This document shows, in pieces, positions 9,501-17,069 of a stretch of DNA of 32,000 nt. The DNA is from Candidatus Electrothrix yaqonensis (lineage in GTDB: Bacteria; Desulfobacterota; Desulfobulbia; Desulfobulbales; Desulfobulbaceae): contig CP178758.1 of the NCBI GenBank assembly GCA_047651235.1, positions 3,330,001-3,362,000 of the forward strand. Direction: 5' to 3'. The translations under genes were made by a program, and so were the position numbers. The number at the start of each line of letters is the position of its first letter. The stretch's first letter is position 1. A model generated the notes under the pieces. The model did not search any database and was not told the DNA's origin. It was given only the letters and a program-made list of their open reading frames with translations.

Positions 9501-10153
9501 GCATATTTATACAGATCATCCGCAGTGATGTTGCCATCCTGCGAGAGATCGGCTTTCCCGGTGCGCAGCCCCTGCACCAGAAATCTTGTAAAAACAGAGC
9601 AGAAAGGCGAGCCTGCCACCTTATCTCCTTCATAGGCATACTGAACAGCATCGCTGGCGGTAAGCACAACTCGACCGTACCCCGTTCCTTTAAAGGCCGC
9701 TTCTATCCCCGCATCAGTTCCGACTGCACCTTTGAAACCGGAAGTAAAGGCCCCGCTGTGGCAGCAGTCCAGAATCAGGACAATGCGACGGGAAAGGCAT
9801 TCATCCATCAGATCGGAAATGTAACCGGCAGAAACAGCCGTTGCCCGCAGCCGGTTCTGTTTTGTATTGGGCATTGCCAGATAGAGCTTTCCCTTCAGAT
9901 CCTTGACACCGTGTCCGCTGAAATAGAGCAGAATGAGGTCATCCTTCTTTTTCTCAGCAAAAAGTTCCTCAACCGCCTCCCGCACCACATGCGACGGTTC
10001 GTTGATCACCGTTTCAACAGTAAAATTTCCGATCCTGGGATCACGCAGAACATCAGCAAGAGCCTGAACATCGTTCTGCGGTGTTTCCAGCCGGGAAAAA
10101 AAGGTATCCTGATATTCGCTGCTGCTGATCAGCAGTGCTGAACGGGTTCCCAT
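6506..10153 (-). CDS. Caspase-like peptidase (C14) fused to a STAND/NB-ARC-type P-loop NTPase and a long TPR array
   Basis: 1215 aa. Caspase dyad: His in LLYFSGHG, Cys in LILDCCHSG. Walker A: VVDGLAGIGKTSLAAKIA. Walker B: YLLVFDDLHEL. The C-terminal ~600 aa consist of repeated 40-aa TPR-like units (A...Y..A..I....GD..G.A..L..LG..Y). Confidence 0.9.
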   Translation of the reverse strand: MGTRSALLISSSEYQDTFFSRLETPQNDVQALADVLRDPRIGNFTVETVINEPSHVVREAVEELFAEKKKDDLILLYFSGHGVKDLKGKLYLAMPNTKQNRLRATAVSAGYISDLMDECLSRRIVLILDCCHSGAFTSGFKGAVGTDAGIEAAFKGTGYGRVVLTASDAVQYAYEGDKVAGSPFCSVFTRFLVQGLRTGKADLSQDGNITADDLYKYAHDQIIQMESDKQQTPGRWSFIQGELVIARNPAFAPESSPTEPTSPGKRPTTYCLRPQVRHFVDRREIRAQLRADLRDEQKVIIVVDGLAGIGKTSLAAKIAEEVEADFTGIYWTKCSAETDLDQLLAELAYFLSEQGDQTLSGVVEYPAPAANKISFLLTALAEQKYLLVFDDLHELLDEQCQIANEGLRCLFSSLLDQTHRSKALLVSRVTPLFCRCFSCQSKNTLEDIDPKSSLELLQILGVEEDQELLEQARRLTAGHPLAMELLASLAEVMPLEDILEDRTLFFHDTDVVEHLLRHLSSTLTTEERDLLTKLSVLPRPMYRQVISYLVGNRQAPGLLKSLTRKALVIFDRKTKLYRQHDLVREFSRAGISADERRDCHVRMAAYYEQLEFNPEKPTFGQVQQRLEAHYHTFRAGDIAAAAALLAPIAEYLRKWGYLERCRSLLEDGLTALEQLEPTEEHLLLRVDLLVEMGWLERSCEGLDKAVERCRQAEEILQIVPDEGREGKVCHALGKFLYEEAEWGESEKYFERAVALQKSQRNTGELAKVLYDLYLLYWNVGELEKIEAVSRDGITICEQEGDTASKCRILIKVLGKTFQVQRRWEEALTVYEESLKSRKGDDFLGQSLSLRMMGQVLRQQKQFAVALEKGMESLALAKKFGDILAQARALQDIGDTYRDAGDVNNALQFYEKSIEATKQSDDLSGRSDMLSDIGLSFQRAGELEKTLEQFQEALRLRKRNGDILGTRASLGQLGFFYSTKCSELKTALQYYNDAFEIAKQLGIALKVETGQNDIAAVYKKLGKLDESLKLFEDLLRRRKKRKNGYGVPLVLNHIGDIYLLKGNARKGLSFFEESLRMYRERKRIGGASVSLSYLGKAYIALGEYDKALSALEESLALRELMYSKAIPLTAIAEAYYHKNDIDIAKEKCEESIFISKKYGGRNQTGIALHLLSKILLKKGQRDEALQCVREAVDIFRTSGSRYLPEAEKTLAEIEKK

Positions 10154-10566
10154 CAGCTTTCTTCCTGTGCCGTTGATGTGTTCTCTGCAGGCAGCTGATT
10201 GAGCCGTTCAATCAGCGTTGTAATTTCGTCTTCGGTATACCGCTTTTTGGGCGTGAACTCGGCCTTGGCTCCATTCGGGGCTTCCACTGATACCTTGCGG
10301 GTGCCACCGACCCACTGCTGCAGCAGACTGATAAGGCCGGGAATCGCTGCCACTCCAATTGCCAGTACAACAGCTCCGGTTGTGAGTGGTTCACCCTTGG
10401 CTCCCTGAGCGCTCTTTTCCTTCTTCACTTTTGCCCGGTTAACGGATTCGATATCGAACCCTCTGAGCTGTCCGATCAGAGTCAGGGTCAGCTGTTCTAT
10501 CTCTATCTCGTCCGCATCGTCTTTATCCACCAGTATCCGCAGCTCCACAATACCACTGTCCGCCAT
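10153..10566 (-). CDS. Small membrane protein resembling effector-associated constant component EACC1
   Basis: 137 aa. Acidic N-terminal strand region (VELRILVDKDDADEIEIEQLTLTLIGQLRG), then one hydrophobic helix (TTGAVVLAIGVAAIPGLISLLQQWV), then a short beta-rich tail (RKVSVEAPNGAKAEFTPKK...LIERL). Its TGA overlaps the caspase gene ATG by 1 nt (TGATG at 10155-10151). The family name is from recollection of the EACC1 layout and was not searched. Confidence 0.55.
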   Translation of the reverse strand: MADSGIVELRILVDKDDADEIEIEQLTLTLIGQLRGFDIESVNRAKVKKEKSAQGAKGEPLTTGAVVLAIGVAAIPGLISLLQQWVGGTRKVSVEAPNGAKAEFTPKKRYTEDEITTLIERLNQLPAENTSTAQEES

Positions 10567-11149
10567 CTCCGCCTCCTGCGTAAGTCTTCATTTTTTAAAG
10601 TAAGGATTCAATTTTACGAAGGTATTGCAGGGATGTCAAGGAAATCGAATTGATACGGCACAGACGGGCAATCTATGAGAAATCTTGTCGTTGTCTGTCA
10701 AACACTGTATCGTTTGACGATTCCTCCTGCGGGATGCAATCCCGGACAGCAAGTCTCCGGATATATTCCCGTCAGGGCAGTTCTGACCACCTCTGTTTTG
10801 CTTTTCGTCTTGGTTTCGCTCAATATAGCGATTCGGAGAAAATCGGCATTCGCCGCATCGGCTACTGGTTTTCGGGAAAGATAATATTTTTTCCGGCAGA
10901 ATATTGACACAGAAAAGAAGTGAACTTATCTTTTCAGTCAAGAGAGAGGAGGGGATAGAATAAATTTACACAGCTCTTTCAGAGGAAAAAGAAAGCAGGA
11001 TATAACGAATAAACTTTCACGCAGAACAGACATGGAGATACGTGAGGTTTGAAATTATTACTGCATATTTACTGCTGATATTTTATCAGATTTTGACTGT
11101 TGTTACAACTATCATCAAATCCGACAAAAATCTGTAAAGGAGGAACGCT

Positions 11150-11581
11150 ATGAGTATTTCAGTATGGGATCCCTTTCGGGAAATGGAAGCATTGCTGGAT
11201 CGCTACAGCAATGCACGAAAAAGTGCGGCAGGTGACAACAGGCAGATAGAAGCCGGAGACTGGATGCCTGTGGTTGATATCGCAGAAACAGACAATGATT
11301 TTATCGTCAGGACTGAGCTGCCCGGTGTTGACAAGGATCATGTGCATGTCAACATCAACAACGGCGTACTGACCATCAAAGGTGAGAAGAAAACCGAAGC
11401 CAAGGATGCAAAACGGCACCGGGTCGAATGCGCCTACGGTTCCTTTGTCCGCAGTTTCACCCTGCCGCAGGATGTGGATGTGGAGAAAGTGGAAGCCGGA
11501 TATAAACACGGTATCCTCAACCTGACCATTCCCAAGCAGGAAAAGGCAAAACCGAAACAGATTGAGGTAAAAGTCAATTGA
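11150..11581 (+). CDS. Small heat-shock protein (Hsp20/alpha-crystallin family)
   Basis: 143 aa with AGGAGG RBS. WDPFREMEALLDRY...WMPVVDIAETDNDFIVRTELPGVDKDHVHVNINNGVLTIKGEKK...ECAYGSFVRSFTLP...GILNLTIPK is a canonical ACD. Confidence 0.9.
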   Translation: MSISVWDPFREMEALLDRYSNARKSAAGDNRQIEAGDWMPVVDIAETDNDFIVRTELPGVDKDHVHVNINNGVLTIKGEKKTEAKDAKRHRVECAYGSFVRSFTLPQDVDVEKVEAGYKHGILNLTIPKQEKAKPKQIEVKVN

Positions 11582-11600
11582 TGTCAATTGATCCGCAACA

Positions 11601-11634
11601 ACCTGAACAGAACCTGAACAGAATCCTGTTCAGG
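11601..11634 (+). other. Inter-cistronic hairpin with duplicated 5' arm between the two Hsp20 genes
   Basis: ACCTGAACAG ACCTGAACAG AATC CTGTTCAGG. The 9-bp stem CCTGAACAG (11613-11621) / CTGTTCAGG (11626-11634) has a 4-nt loop. A second copy of the 5' arm at 11602-11610 could pair alternatively. No U-tract follows. Confidence 0.4.
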
Positions 11635-11700
11635 CTGACTGAAACGGTTCATTGTCCAACTGATATGATCTGTATAACGAAAGATAAAAGGAGGGGAATT

Positions 11701-12141
11701 ATGAACCTGAGTGTTTGGAATCCGTTCCAGGATATGGAGGCATTGTTGGATAGATACGGCAAATCGGATAGGCAAACTACGGCTGCCGGAGAGAGGAACA
11801 AAGCCCTTGAAGTCGGCGACTGGATGCCGGTGGTGGATATCGATGAAACCGACAACGAGTTCATCGTCAGAGCTGAGCTGCCCGGCGTGGACAAAGAGAA
11901 TGTTCAGGTCGCGGTTGACAATGGCATCCTGACCATCAGGGGGGAGAAGAAAAGCGAGTTCAAGGATGAAAAGCGGCATCGGGTTGAATGCGCCTATGGC
12001 TCCTTTGTCCGCAGCTTCACCATGCCCCGGTATGTGGATGTGGAAAAAGTGGAAGCAGCCTATAAGGAAGGTATCCTGAGGCTGACTATCCCGAAGGAGG
12101 AAAAGGCCAAACCGAAACAGATCACGGTGAACGTGCAGTAA
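11701..12141 (+). CDS. Small heat-shock protein (Hsp20 family), paralogue of 11150..11581
   Basis: ORF 11578..12141. Start at ATG 11701 (MNLSVWNPFQDMEALLDRY...) with AAAGGAGGGG RBS. Same ACD layout as the upstream gene. Confidence 0.9.
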   Translation: MNLSVWNPFQDMEALLDRYGKSDRQTTAAGERNKALEVGDWMPVVDIDETDNEFIVRAELPGVDKENVQVAVDNGILTIRGEKKSEFKDEKRHRVECAYGSFVRSFTMPRYVDVEKVEAAYKEGILRLTIPKEEKAKPKQITVNVQ

Positions 12142-12200
12142 GGCAGTAACTGATCAGGGCAGCACGAGCACAACCTGCTGTCCCCAATCCTTACAGTTTG

Positions 12201-12270
12201 CCCTGAACAGCATGGAACGCAATGTTGCAAGCCTCTGCGCTCCTGCCTGTTCAGGGTATTTTTTGTTTTT
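12201..12270 (+). terminator. Intrinsic terminator after the second Hsp20 gene
   Basis: CCCTGAACAG (12201-12210) pairs with CTGTTCAGGG (12248-12257). An inner imperfect helix (GGAACGCA / TGCGCTCC) lies between the arms. It is followed by TATTTTTTGTTTTTTT. Confidence 0.6.
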
Positions 12271-12295
12271 TTGGGAGGGAAGAAGCGGAGGAAAA

Positions 12296-13372
12296 CTACC
12301 GGTCCACGTCCATGCTGGTTTTCAGGTAATTATAGTCTGAAATAATCGTCCATTGCCGGGCCTTTTTCATGAAAGCCCGCTGGGAAGAGAGAATCTCTTT
12401 GAATAGAGGATTCTCCGCAGCATAGCTGTCCAGCAGCTCGTCAGTTGCCTTTTTCATGGCCTTGAGTACAGGCTGGGGAAAGGTTTTCACCTTGATTGCA
12501 GGATATTCCGTCTTCATCTTGTCCCAAGCTTCGGCACTAGCGGCAAAATTTTCAAAGTACATATCTGCAGCTCCCGCTTTCATGGCGGCCTGCAGGATCG
12601 CCTGATGCTCTGATGACAGCTTCTCATAGGCCCGTTTATTGATCAGAAATTGCATCTCGGAGGCCGGTTCATGCCAGCCGGTATAGTAATACGGAGCCAC
12701 CTTATGAAATCCCATCTTGATATCCATTCCCGGCCCGACCCACTCCAGGGCATCAATGGTGCCCCGGTCCAATGAGGTGTACAACTCCCCGGCCGGAATA
12801 TTGGTGACATTGACGCCCAGCTTGGCAAAGACCTCTCCGGCAAGTCCGGGAATCCGCATCTTCAGGCCCTTCAGATCATCCAACGAGCTGATCTCTTTTT
12901 TGAACCAGCCCCCCATCTGCACACCCGTGTTGCCGCCCGGATAACTGAGCACCTTGAAGCGGTCATAAACCTGCTGCATGTACTTCATACCGCCCCCGTA
13001 ATAAAACCAGGCATACTGCTCGGCCGTGGTCATGCCGAACGGGAGGGTAGTGAAAAAGATCGTATTGATATCCTTACCCTTCCAATAATAGGAACCGCTG
13101 TGGCCCATCTGATACTGCCCGCCCTTGACCATATCCAGGACAGCCAGCGGCGCCTTGTGCTTCTCTCTGCCCTCCACCCGGATGATGAAGCTGCCGCCGC
13201 TCATCTTCTCGACCATCTTTGCCACTTGAGCAGGCGGCGAGGCCAGCGGCGTCAGGGTTGAAGGCCAAGTTTCGGCCAGCTTCCATTTCACGATCTTCTT
13301 GGCGGCAGCAGGGGCTGCTGCGACCAGTACGGCAAGCAGCAACAGACTTATTCGGATAAGTTTCATTTTCAT
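12296..13372 (-). CDS. TRAP transporter substrate-binding protein (DctP-type), orphan
   Basis: 358 aa with signal peptide MKMKLIRISLLLLAVLVAAAPAAA. The body is typical of TRAP periplasmic binding proteins (KWKLAETWP...YYWKGKD...GGNTGVQMGGWFKKEI...LKGLKMRIPG). No DctQ/DctM membrane genes are in the window. Confidence 0.8.
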   Translation of the reverse strand: MKMKLIRISLLLLAVLVAAAPAAAKKIVKWKLAETWPSTLTPLASPPAQVAKMVEKMSGGSFIIRVEGREKHKAPLAVLDMVKGGQYQMGHSGSYYWKGKDINTIFFTTLPFGMTTAEQYAWFYYGGGMKYMQQVYDRFKVLSYPGGNTGVQMGGWFKKEISSLDDLKGLKMRIPGLAGEVFAKLGVNVTNIPAGELYTSLDRGTIDALEWVGPGMDIKMGFHKVAPYYYTGWHEPASEMQFLINKRAYEKLSSEHQAILQAAMKAGAADMYFENFAASAEAWDKMKTEYPAIKVKTFPQPVLKAMKKATDELLDSYAAENPLFKEILSSQRAFMKKARQWTIISDYNYLKTSMDVDR

Positions 13373-13520
13373 ACGGCCTCCTGATTGATTGGTTCATACG
13401 ATATCGGGCGGATGGTTCGGCTGGACAGTTCGGCAATACAGCCATGCACGGCATGATAATAGAATGGCTCCGGTTCAGCAAGGCCGGTCTATTCTTATGA
13501 ATATCCCTGCACGTCCCCTG

Positions 13521-15275
13521 TCACCGCCGGGCACGACCTTTCCTGCTCCGCTGCACTGGCCCGGTCAGCACAGCCTTCTGCCGCTCCCGCGCACGGTTGT
13601 CTTTCTCCACAAGGCAGGGCTGGCCGGTAAAAGGGTTCTCGCCGGTCCAGTACATCAGGGTGGACCAGGTTGATGGCGTGGGCGTGAAGATCTGCACCTG
13701 GCGGGGGAGCACCTTCAGCTCCCTTTGCGCGAACTGCTTCAGCGCCTGCATATCCTGCTGCCGACAGCCGGGATGGGCGGCAATGATATAATAGGTGAGG
13801 AACTGCTTCAGGCCTTCCTGAGCGGTCATGCGCATGAACAGCTTGCGGAAGCGGACCAGGCTCTCCCGGCCCGGCTTGCCCATGCAGGCCAGTACCTTAT
13901 CCTGACAATGCTCCGGAGCCACCTTCATCTGGCCGGAAACATGATAGCGCACCACCTGACGCAGGTAGTTCAGGCCGTTCTTTGTATCCTCCAGGATCAG
14001 GTCGTAACGGATGCCGGAAGATACCACCACCTGCTTTATCCCTTTTAGTTGGCGCAGTTCCTCCAGCAGGCGCAGCTGCTCGCCATGATCCACCTGCAGG
14101 GCCTTGCATTTCTGCGGGAACAGGCAGCGTTTGTCCGGGCAGCAGCCCTTACTCAGCTTCTTTCGGCACTCCACTCCGTACATATTTGCGGTCGGGCCGC
14201 CCACGTCGTGGATTCTCCCCTTAAAGGCCGGATGGGCAGTCAGGCCACGGGCCTCTGCAATGATCGACTTCTGGCTCCGCTGAACAATGGTCCGGCCCTG
14301 ATGCACGGCAATAGCGCAGAAATTGCATTCACCGTAGCAGCCCCGGTGGGTGGCCAGGGAGAAGCGGATCGTCTCCAGAGCCCGGACTTCCCCCTGCTTC
14401 CGATGCACAGGATGGAGGTCCAGCTGATAGTCCAGGCTATGAACATGATCCAGCTCTTCCGTGGACAGATGCGGCTGAGGTGGGTTCTGGATCAGCCAGC
14501 GGGTACCGTGCAGCTGGGCCAGACCTCGCGCCGTGATAGGATCATTATTCGCGTAGAACAGACTGAACATCCGGGTGAATGCCTTCTTCGCCTGCTGGCT
14601 GCTGCCGGAGACCTCCTCAAAGGCGGGCAGCTCAAGATAGTCAGCCGGGCGCTCCGACGCGGCATAGCAGAGGCCGCGAACCCGGCGTGGGTTTTTACCA
14701 TCCCGCAGGCAGACGGCCAGCTCCAGCACAGCCCGCTCGGCCATGCCGTAAAGCAGGTAATCAGCCTTGGCATCCAGCAGGATAGAGCGGCGCACGCTGT
14801 TGCCCCAGTAATCATAATGGGCAATGCGGCGCAGGCTGGCCTCGATACCGCCGAGGACAATGGGGCAGGTGTTTTTGAACTTACTGCGGATCAGGTTGGC
14901 GTAGACCAGCACAGCCCGGTCCGGTCGGCGGGTATTCTCACCGCCGGGGGTGTAGTCATCCTGTTTGCGGCGTTTGCCCGAGGCCGTGCGGTTGGCCACC
15001 ATGGAATCCACACAGCCGCCGCTCACGCCCCAGAAGAGCCTGGGTTCACCGAGGCGGCAGATGTCATTACCCTGCACGTCGGGCTGAGCAATGATTCCCA
15101 CCCTGAATCCGGCGTCCGCCAACACCCGGCCGATCACGGCGGTCCCGATAAACGGGGAGTCGATATAGGCATCGCCGCTGACCAGGATGATATCCGGGCG
15201 GTCCCAGCCGAGCCGGTGCAGCTCATCTCCTGTGGTCGGGAGAAAGGTCTGTCCTGTCCTGTTCTGCTTGTGCAT
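13521..15275 (-). CDS. ygiQ: YgiQ family radical SAM protein (UPF0313)
   Basis: ORF 13521..15497. Start moved to ATG 15275 (MHKQNRTGQTFLPTTGDELHRLGWDRPDIILVSGDAYIDSPFIG...), which matches the usual YgiQ N-terminus. Radical-SAM cluster motif: CYGECNFCAI. Confidence 0.85.
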   Translation of the reverse strand: MHKQNRTGQTFLPTTGDELHRLGWDRPDIILVSGDAYIDSPFIGTAVIGRVLADAGFRVGIIAQPDVQGNDICRLGEPRLFWGVSGGCVDSMVANRTASGKRRKQDDYTPGGENTRRPDRAVLVYANLIRSKFKNTCPIVLGGIEASLRRIAHYDYWGNSVRRSILLDAKADYLLYGMAERAVLELAVCLRDGKNPRRVRGLCYAASERPADYLELPAFEEVSGSSQQAKKAFTRMFSLFYANNDPITARGLAQLHGTRWLIQNPPQPHLSTEELDHVHSLDYQLDLHPVHRKQGEVRALETIRFSLATHRGCYGECNFCAIAVHQGRTIVQRSQKSIIAEARGLTAHPAFKGRIHDVGGPTANMYGVECRKKLSKGCCPDKRCLFPQKCKALQVDHGEQLRLLEELRQLKGIKQVVVSSGIRYDLILEDTKNGLNYLRQVVRYHVSGQMKVAPEHCQDKVLACMGKPGRESLVRFRKLFMRMTAQEGLKQFLTYYIIAAHPGCRQQDMQALKQFAQRELKVLPRQVQIFTPTPSTWSTLMYWTGENPFTGQPCLVEKDNRARERQKAVLTGPVQRSRKGRARR

Positions 15276-15417
15276 GCAGTGTCCTTCAGTGTCTTTATCG
15301 CTACATCCTTGACAGCTTATCCTCTCAAGCTGGACCGGTTCTGTCAGGCATTCTTTGCCGGAAACATGACCCTCGTCCATCGTATCCCGACAGGGTGGTG
15401 ATAAACCGGACACCCCC

Positions 15418-15569
15418 GCCCGGCGATAAATCGCCGGGCTATTATCGAATGTCCCTGACGGGACAGGAGCAGCGTCCCGGAGGGACCGCACGAACATAGC
15501 CCACCGTTTTAACGGTGGGCGGCCTGTGTATACCCGGCATTATTCATGGGCAGGCACGGGGACCTGCCC
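15418..15569. repeat. Cluster of five short GC-rich perfect hairpins (REP-like)
   Basis: GCCCGGCGA-TAAA-TCGCCGGGC (15418-15439); GTCCC-TGAC-GGGAC (15451-15464); GTCCC-GGA-GGGAC (15474-15486); GCCCACCGTT-TT-AACGGTGGGC (15499-15520); GGGCAGG-CACGGGGA-CCTGCCC (15548-15569). They lie between the ygiQ start and the IS end. Confidence 0.5.
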
Positions 15570-15757
15570 CTACGCCCCCTGCCGCTTTGCCCGCACCCGT
15601 GCCAAATCCTTATAGCATCATCTTAGATAATTCTACTTTGGCACTCACAAAGGCTGTGGTAATAATTTGCAATTCGGTTGTTTCTCATATGCGAAATCAA
15701 TCGAAGCTTGCCTCTTTTCATGCCGTTGACGAAGCTGTCTTATAACTTCATCTTCGT

Positions 15758-16632
15758 TTACATCTCGACGTGGAAAATTGACTTGAGTAATGTTGTTATA
15801 TCAGCGCAACTCAATAACGGGACACCGACTTGATGGTATAATCGTTGCTCGACCATAAACAACATGGCCATCATGACCATAGTCATATGATGATGCCAAG
15901 CCAGCCATCCCCGAGCCTGATAATCACCCATTCCACATTCATTTTTTGCATCCTGAAATGGCCGTTCAACCCAATATCGTTGAGCTTGCATATATGCAAG
16001 TCGTCTTGTTGACGTGTTACTTTCCGCATTACTTAGGCTATATTTAATTTTTTTCGGGGACTTAACCTCACGTCTGACAACTAATTCTACTTTGGTGACC
16101 ATACCATTAACTATTTAATAATATTAATAATACTAAAAACAGGGGTTTTTAAATACTTAATAAAAATAAGCTAGTTATGTTTATGATCGCCAAAGTAGAA
16201 CTACTTGACAGTTGTCGGTTTTACCAAGCTGCCCGCACCATTGACGAGAAACCCCAACAGACATTTTACCCTTTTTGGGTATCCCGGATTCATCAATAAA
16301 AAGAGCGCTATCTTCCTTTCCTCCAAAAATGTTATCCGCATCTTTAGCTACTTGGTTGTTTACAGGACGCCAATCCCAGTTCGAGTCGGAAAGAAAATAC
16401 TGGAGGGGCTCATATTTAACGCCCGGAACCTTTTCCTCCATACGTTCCATGTTTTTTTGTCAGCCTGGAATAAACCTTTCAAGTATTGGAATGCTTTATC
16501 TGACAAACTTACCGTATGTCTCTTAAAAAAATGATGATATCTTTCGTGAAAAGACGTAAGTTGCCGGGCGATGCCGGTCAACTCAAAGAATTTGTCATGG
16601 GGACTTCTTTTTTCGGGGCTGGGAGCGTTCAT
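15758..16632 (-). pseudogene. IS701-like DDE transposase, disrupted
   Basis: There are three fragments. The first two are ORF 16360..16632 (...YHHFFKRHTVSLSDKAFQYLKGLFQADKK) and ORF 16181..16450 (MERMEEKVPGVKYEPLQYFLSDSNWDW...ALFIDESGIPKKGK...GKTDNCQV). They are out of frame at a run of 7 A (complement of 16452-16458), where 8 would restore ...ADKKNMERMEE. The third is ORF 15758..16102 (...YSLSNAE...RYWVERPFQDAKNECGMGDYQARGWLAWHHHMTMVMMA). The segment that should carry the second catalytic Asp is missing. Confidence 0.7.
16084..16201 (+). mobile_element. 118-bp MITE (copy 1) sharing the IS701-like terminal repeats
   Basis: Ends are ATTCTACTTTGGTGACCAT... and ...ATGATCGCCAAAGTAGAAC, with an AT-rich core. 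It is flanked by TA/CTA on both sides (16081-16083 and 16201-16203), consistent with a target duplication. It lies inside the transposase pseudogene. Confidence 0.7.
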
Positions 16633-16840
16633 AAAAAGAATAAAGTTATAATCAGGGCGATTGACGGGTATTTTTTTGATAGCTGTTATCAGGTGCTAGC
16701 TTGATCAAAAAGCGATAAAATTTTCCTAATGAAAGATACAACTTTATCCGGATACTGCAAGAAGTTTTTACAAATAGATCAAAAGGTTATGGTTGCCAAA
16801 GTAGAATCAATCAGACCGTAATAACGGCAATGCGTTGCTT

Positions 16841-16878
16841 AGCCCTGAGTCCTCCCCGGATTCAGGGCTTTTCTTTTT
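16841..16878 (+). terminator. Intrinsic terminator-like hairpin
   Basis: AGCCCTGA (16841-16848) pairs with TCAGGGCT (16862-16869), followed by TTTCTTTTT. No intact plus-strand gene lies upstream, so it is probably a relic of the pre-IS context. Confidence 0.45.
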
Positions 16879-16918
16879 GTCCCGCCGCCTTCAATGCCCT
16901 GTTTTTCCTTCGTCGCTG

Positions 16919-16947
16919 TTGACACATATACTTTGGAGCTTTATCAT
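16919..16947 (+). promoter_or_regulatory. Sigma-70-like promoter facing the AAA+ ATPase gene
   Basis: TTGACA (16919-16924), a 17-nt spacer, then TATCAT (16942-16947). It is 88 nt upstream of ATG 17035 and lies outside the left inverted repeat. Confidence 0.45.
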
Positions 16948-16977
16948 GCAAAATACACTGAACATTATCTTGTTTTT

Positions 16978-17069
16978 TGCAGGGCCTCTACAACGGATAC
17001 AACATAATATCTTTCAGCAAGGACGGAATAATCAATGGACTCTGACAGCGGCGGCTTTCTGCCGATCAA
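16978..17069. repeat. Left copy of the 92-bp inverted repeat (junction of 381-aa-like gene end and AAA gene start)
   Basis: Reverse complement of 28318-28409 with 87/92 identity by hand alignment. The perfect 51-bp core is 17004-17054. It encodes an orphan GLYNGYNIISFSKDGIINGL* (16983-17045) overlapping ATG 17035. Confidence 0.85.

Larger units (their letters stand above)
15640..16807 (-). mobile_element. Degenerate IS701-family-like insertion sequence
   Basis: 14-bp perfect terminal inverted repeats ATTCTACTTTGGCA (15640-15653 and the complement of 16794-16807). Transposase fragments lie on the minus strand. The element is interrupted by a 118-bp MITE and lacks the central part of the DDE domain. 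Confidence 0.7.

Noticed and set aside
10567-11149. 580-bp gene-free stretch with several overlapping 60-100-aa ORFs on both strands, a TTGACA-N17-TATCTT promoter-like site (10904-10932) and small palindromes (CTGATA-TTT-TATCAG near 11073-11087; CGGGAT-GCA-ATCCCG near 10730)
   Set aside because: No ORF has an RBS or recognisable motifs. I also could not match CIRCE, HAIR, ROSE or sigma-32/sigma-54 consensus upstream of the Hsp20 genes. It may hold an sRNA or regulatory sites, but nothing is supportable by eye.
16922-16947. TACTTTGG inside the putative promoter spacer resembles the IS/MITE terminal repeat (CTACTTTGG). It could be a solo IS end next to the inversion breakpoint.
   Set aside because: Similarity is limited to about 8 nt plus a distant TCAT. 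That is too short to call, so it is kept only as a caveat on the promoter prediction.
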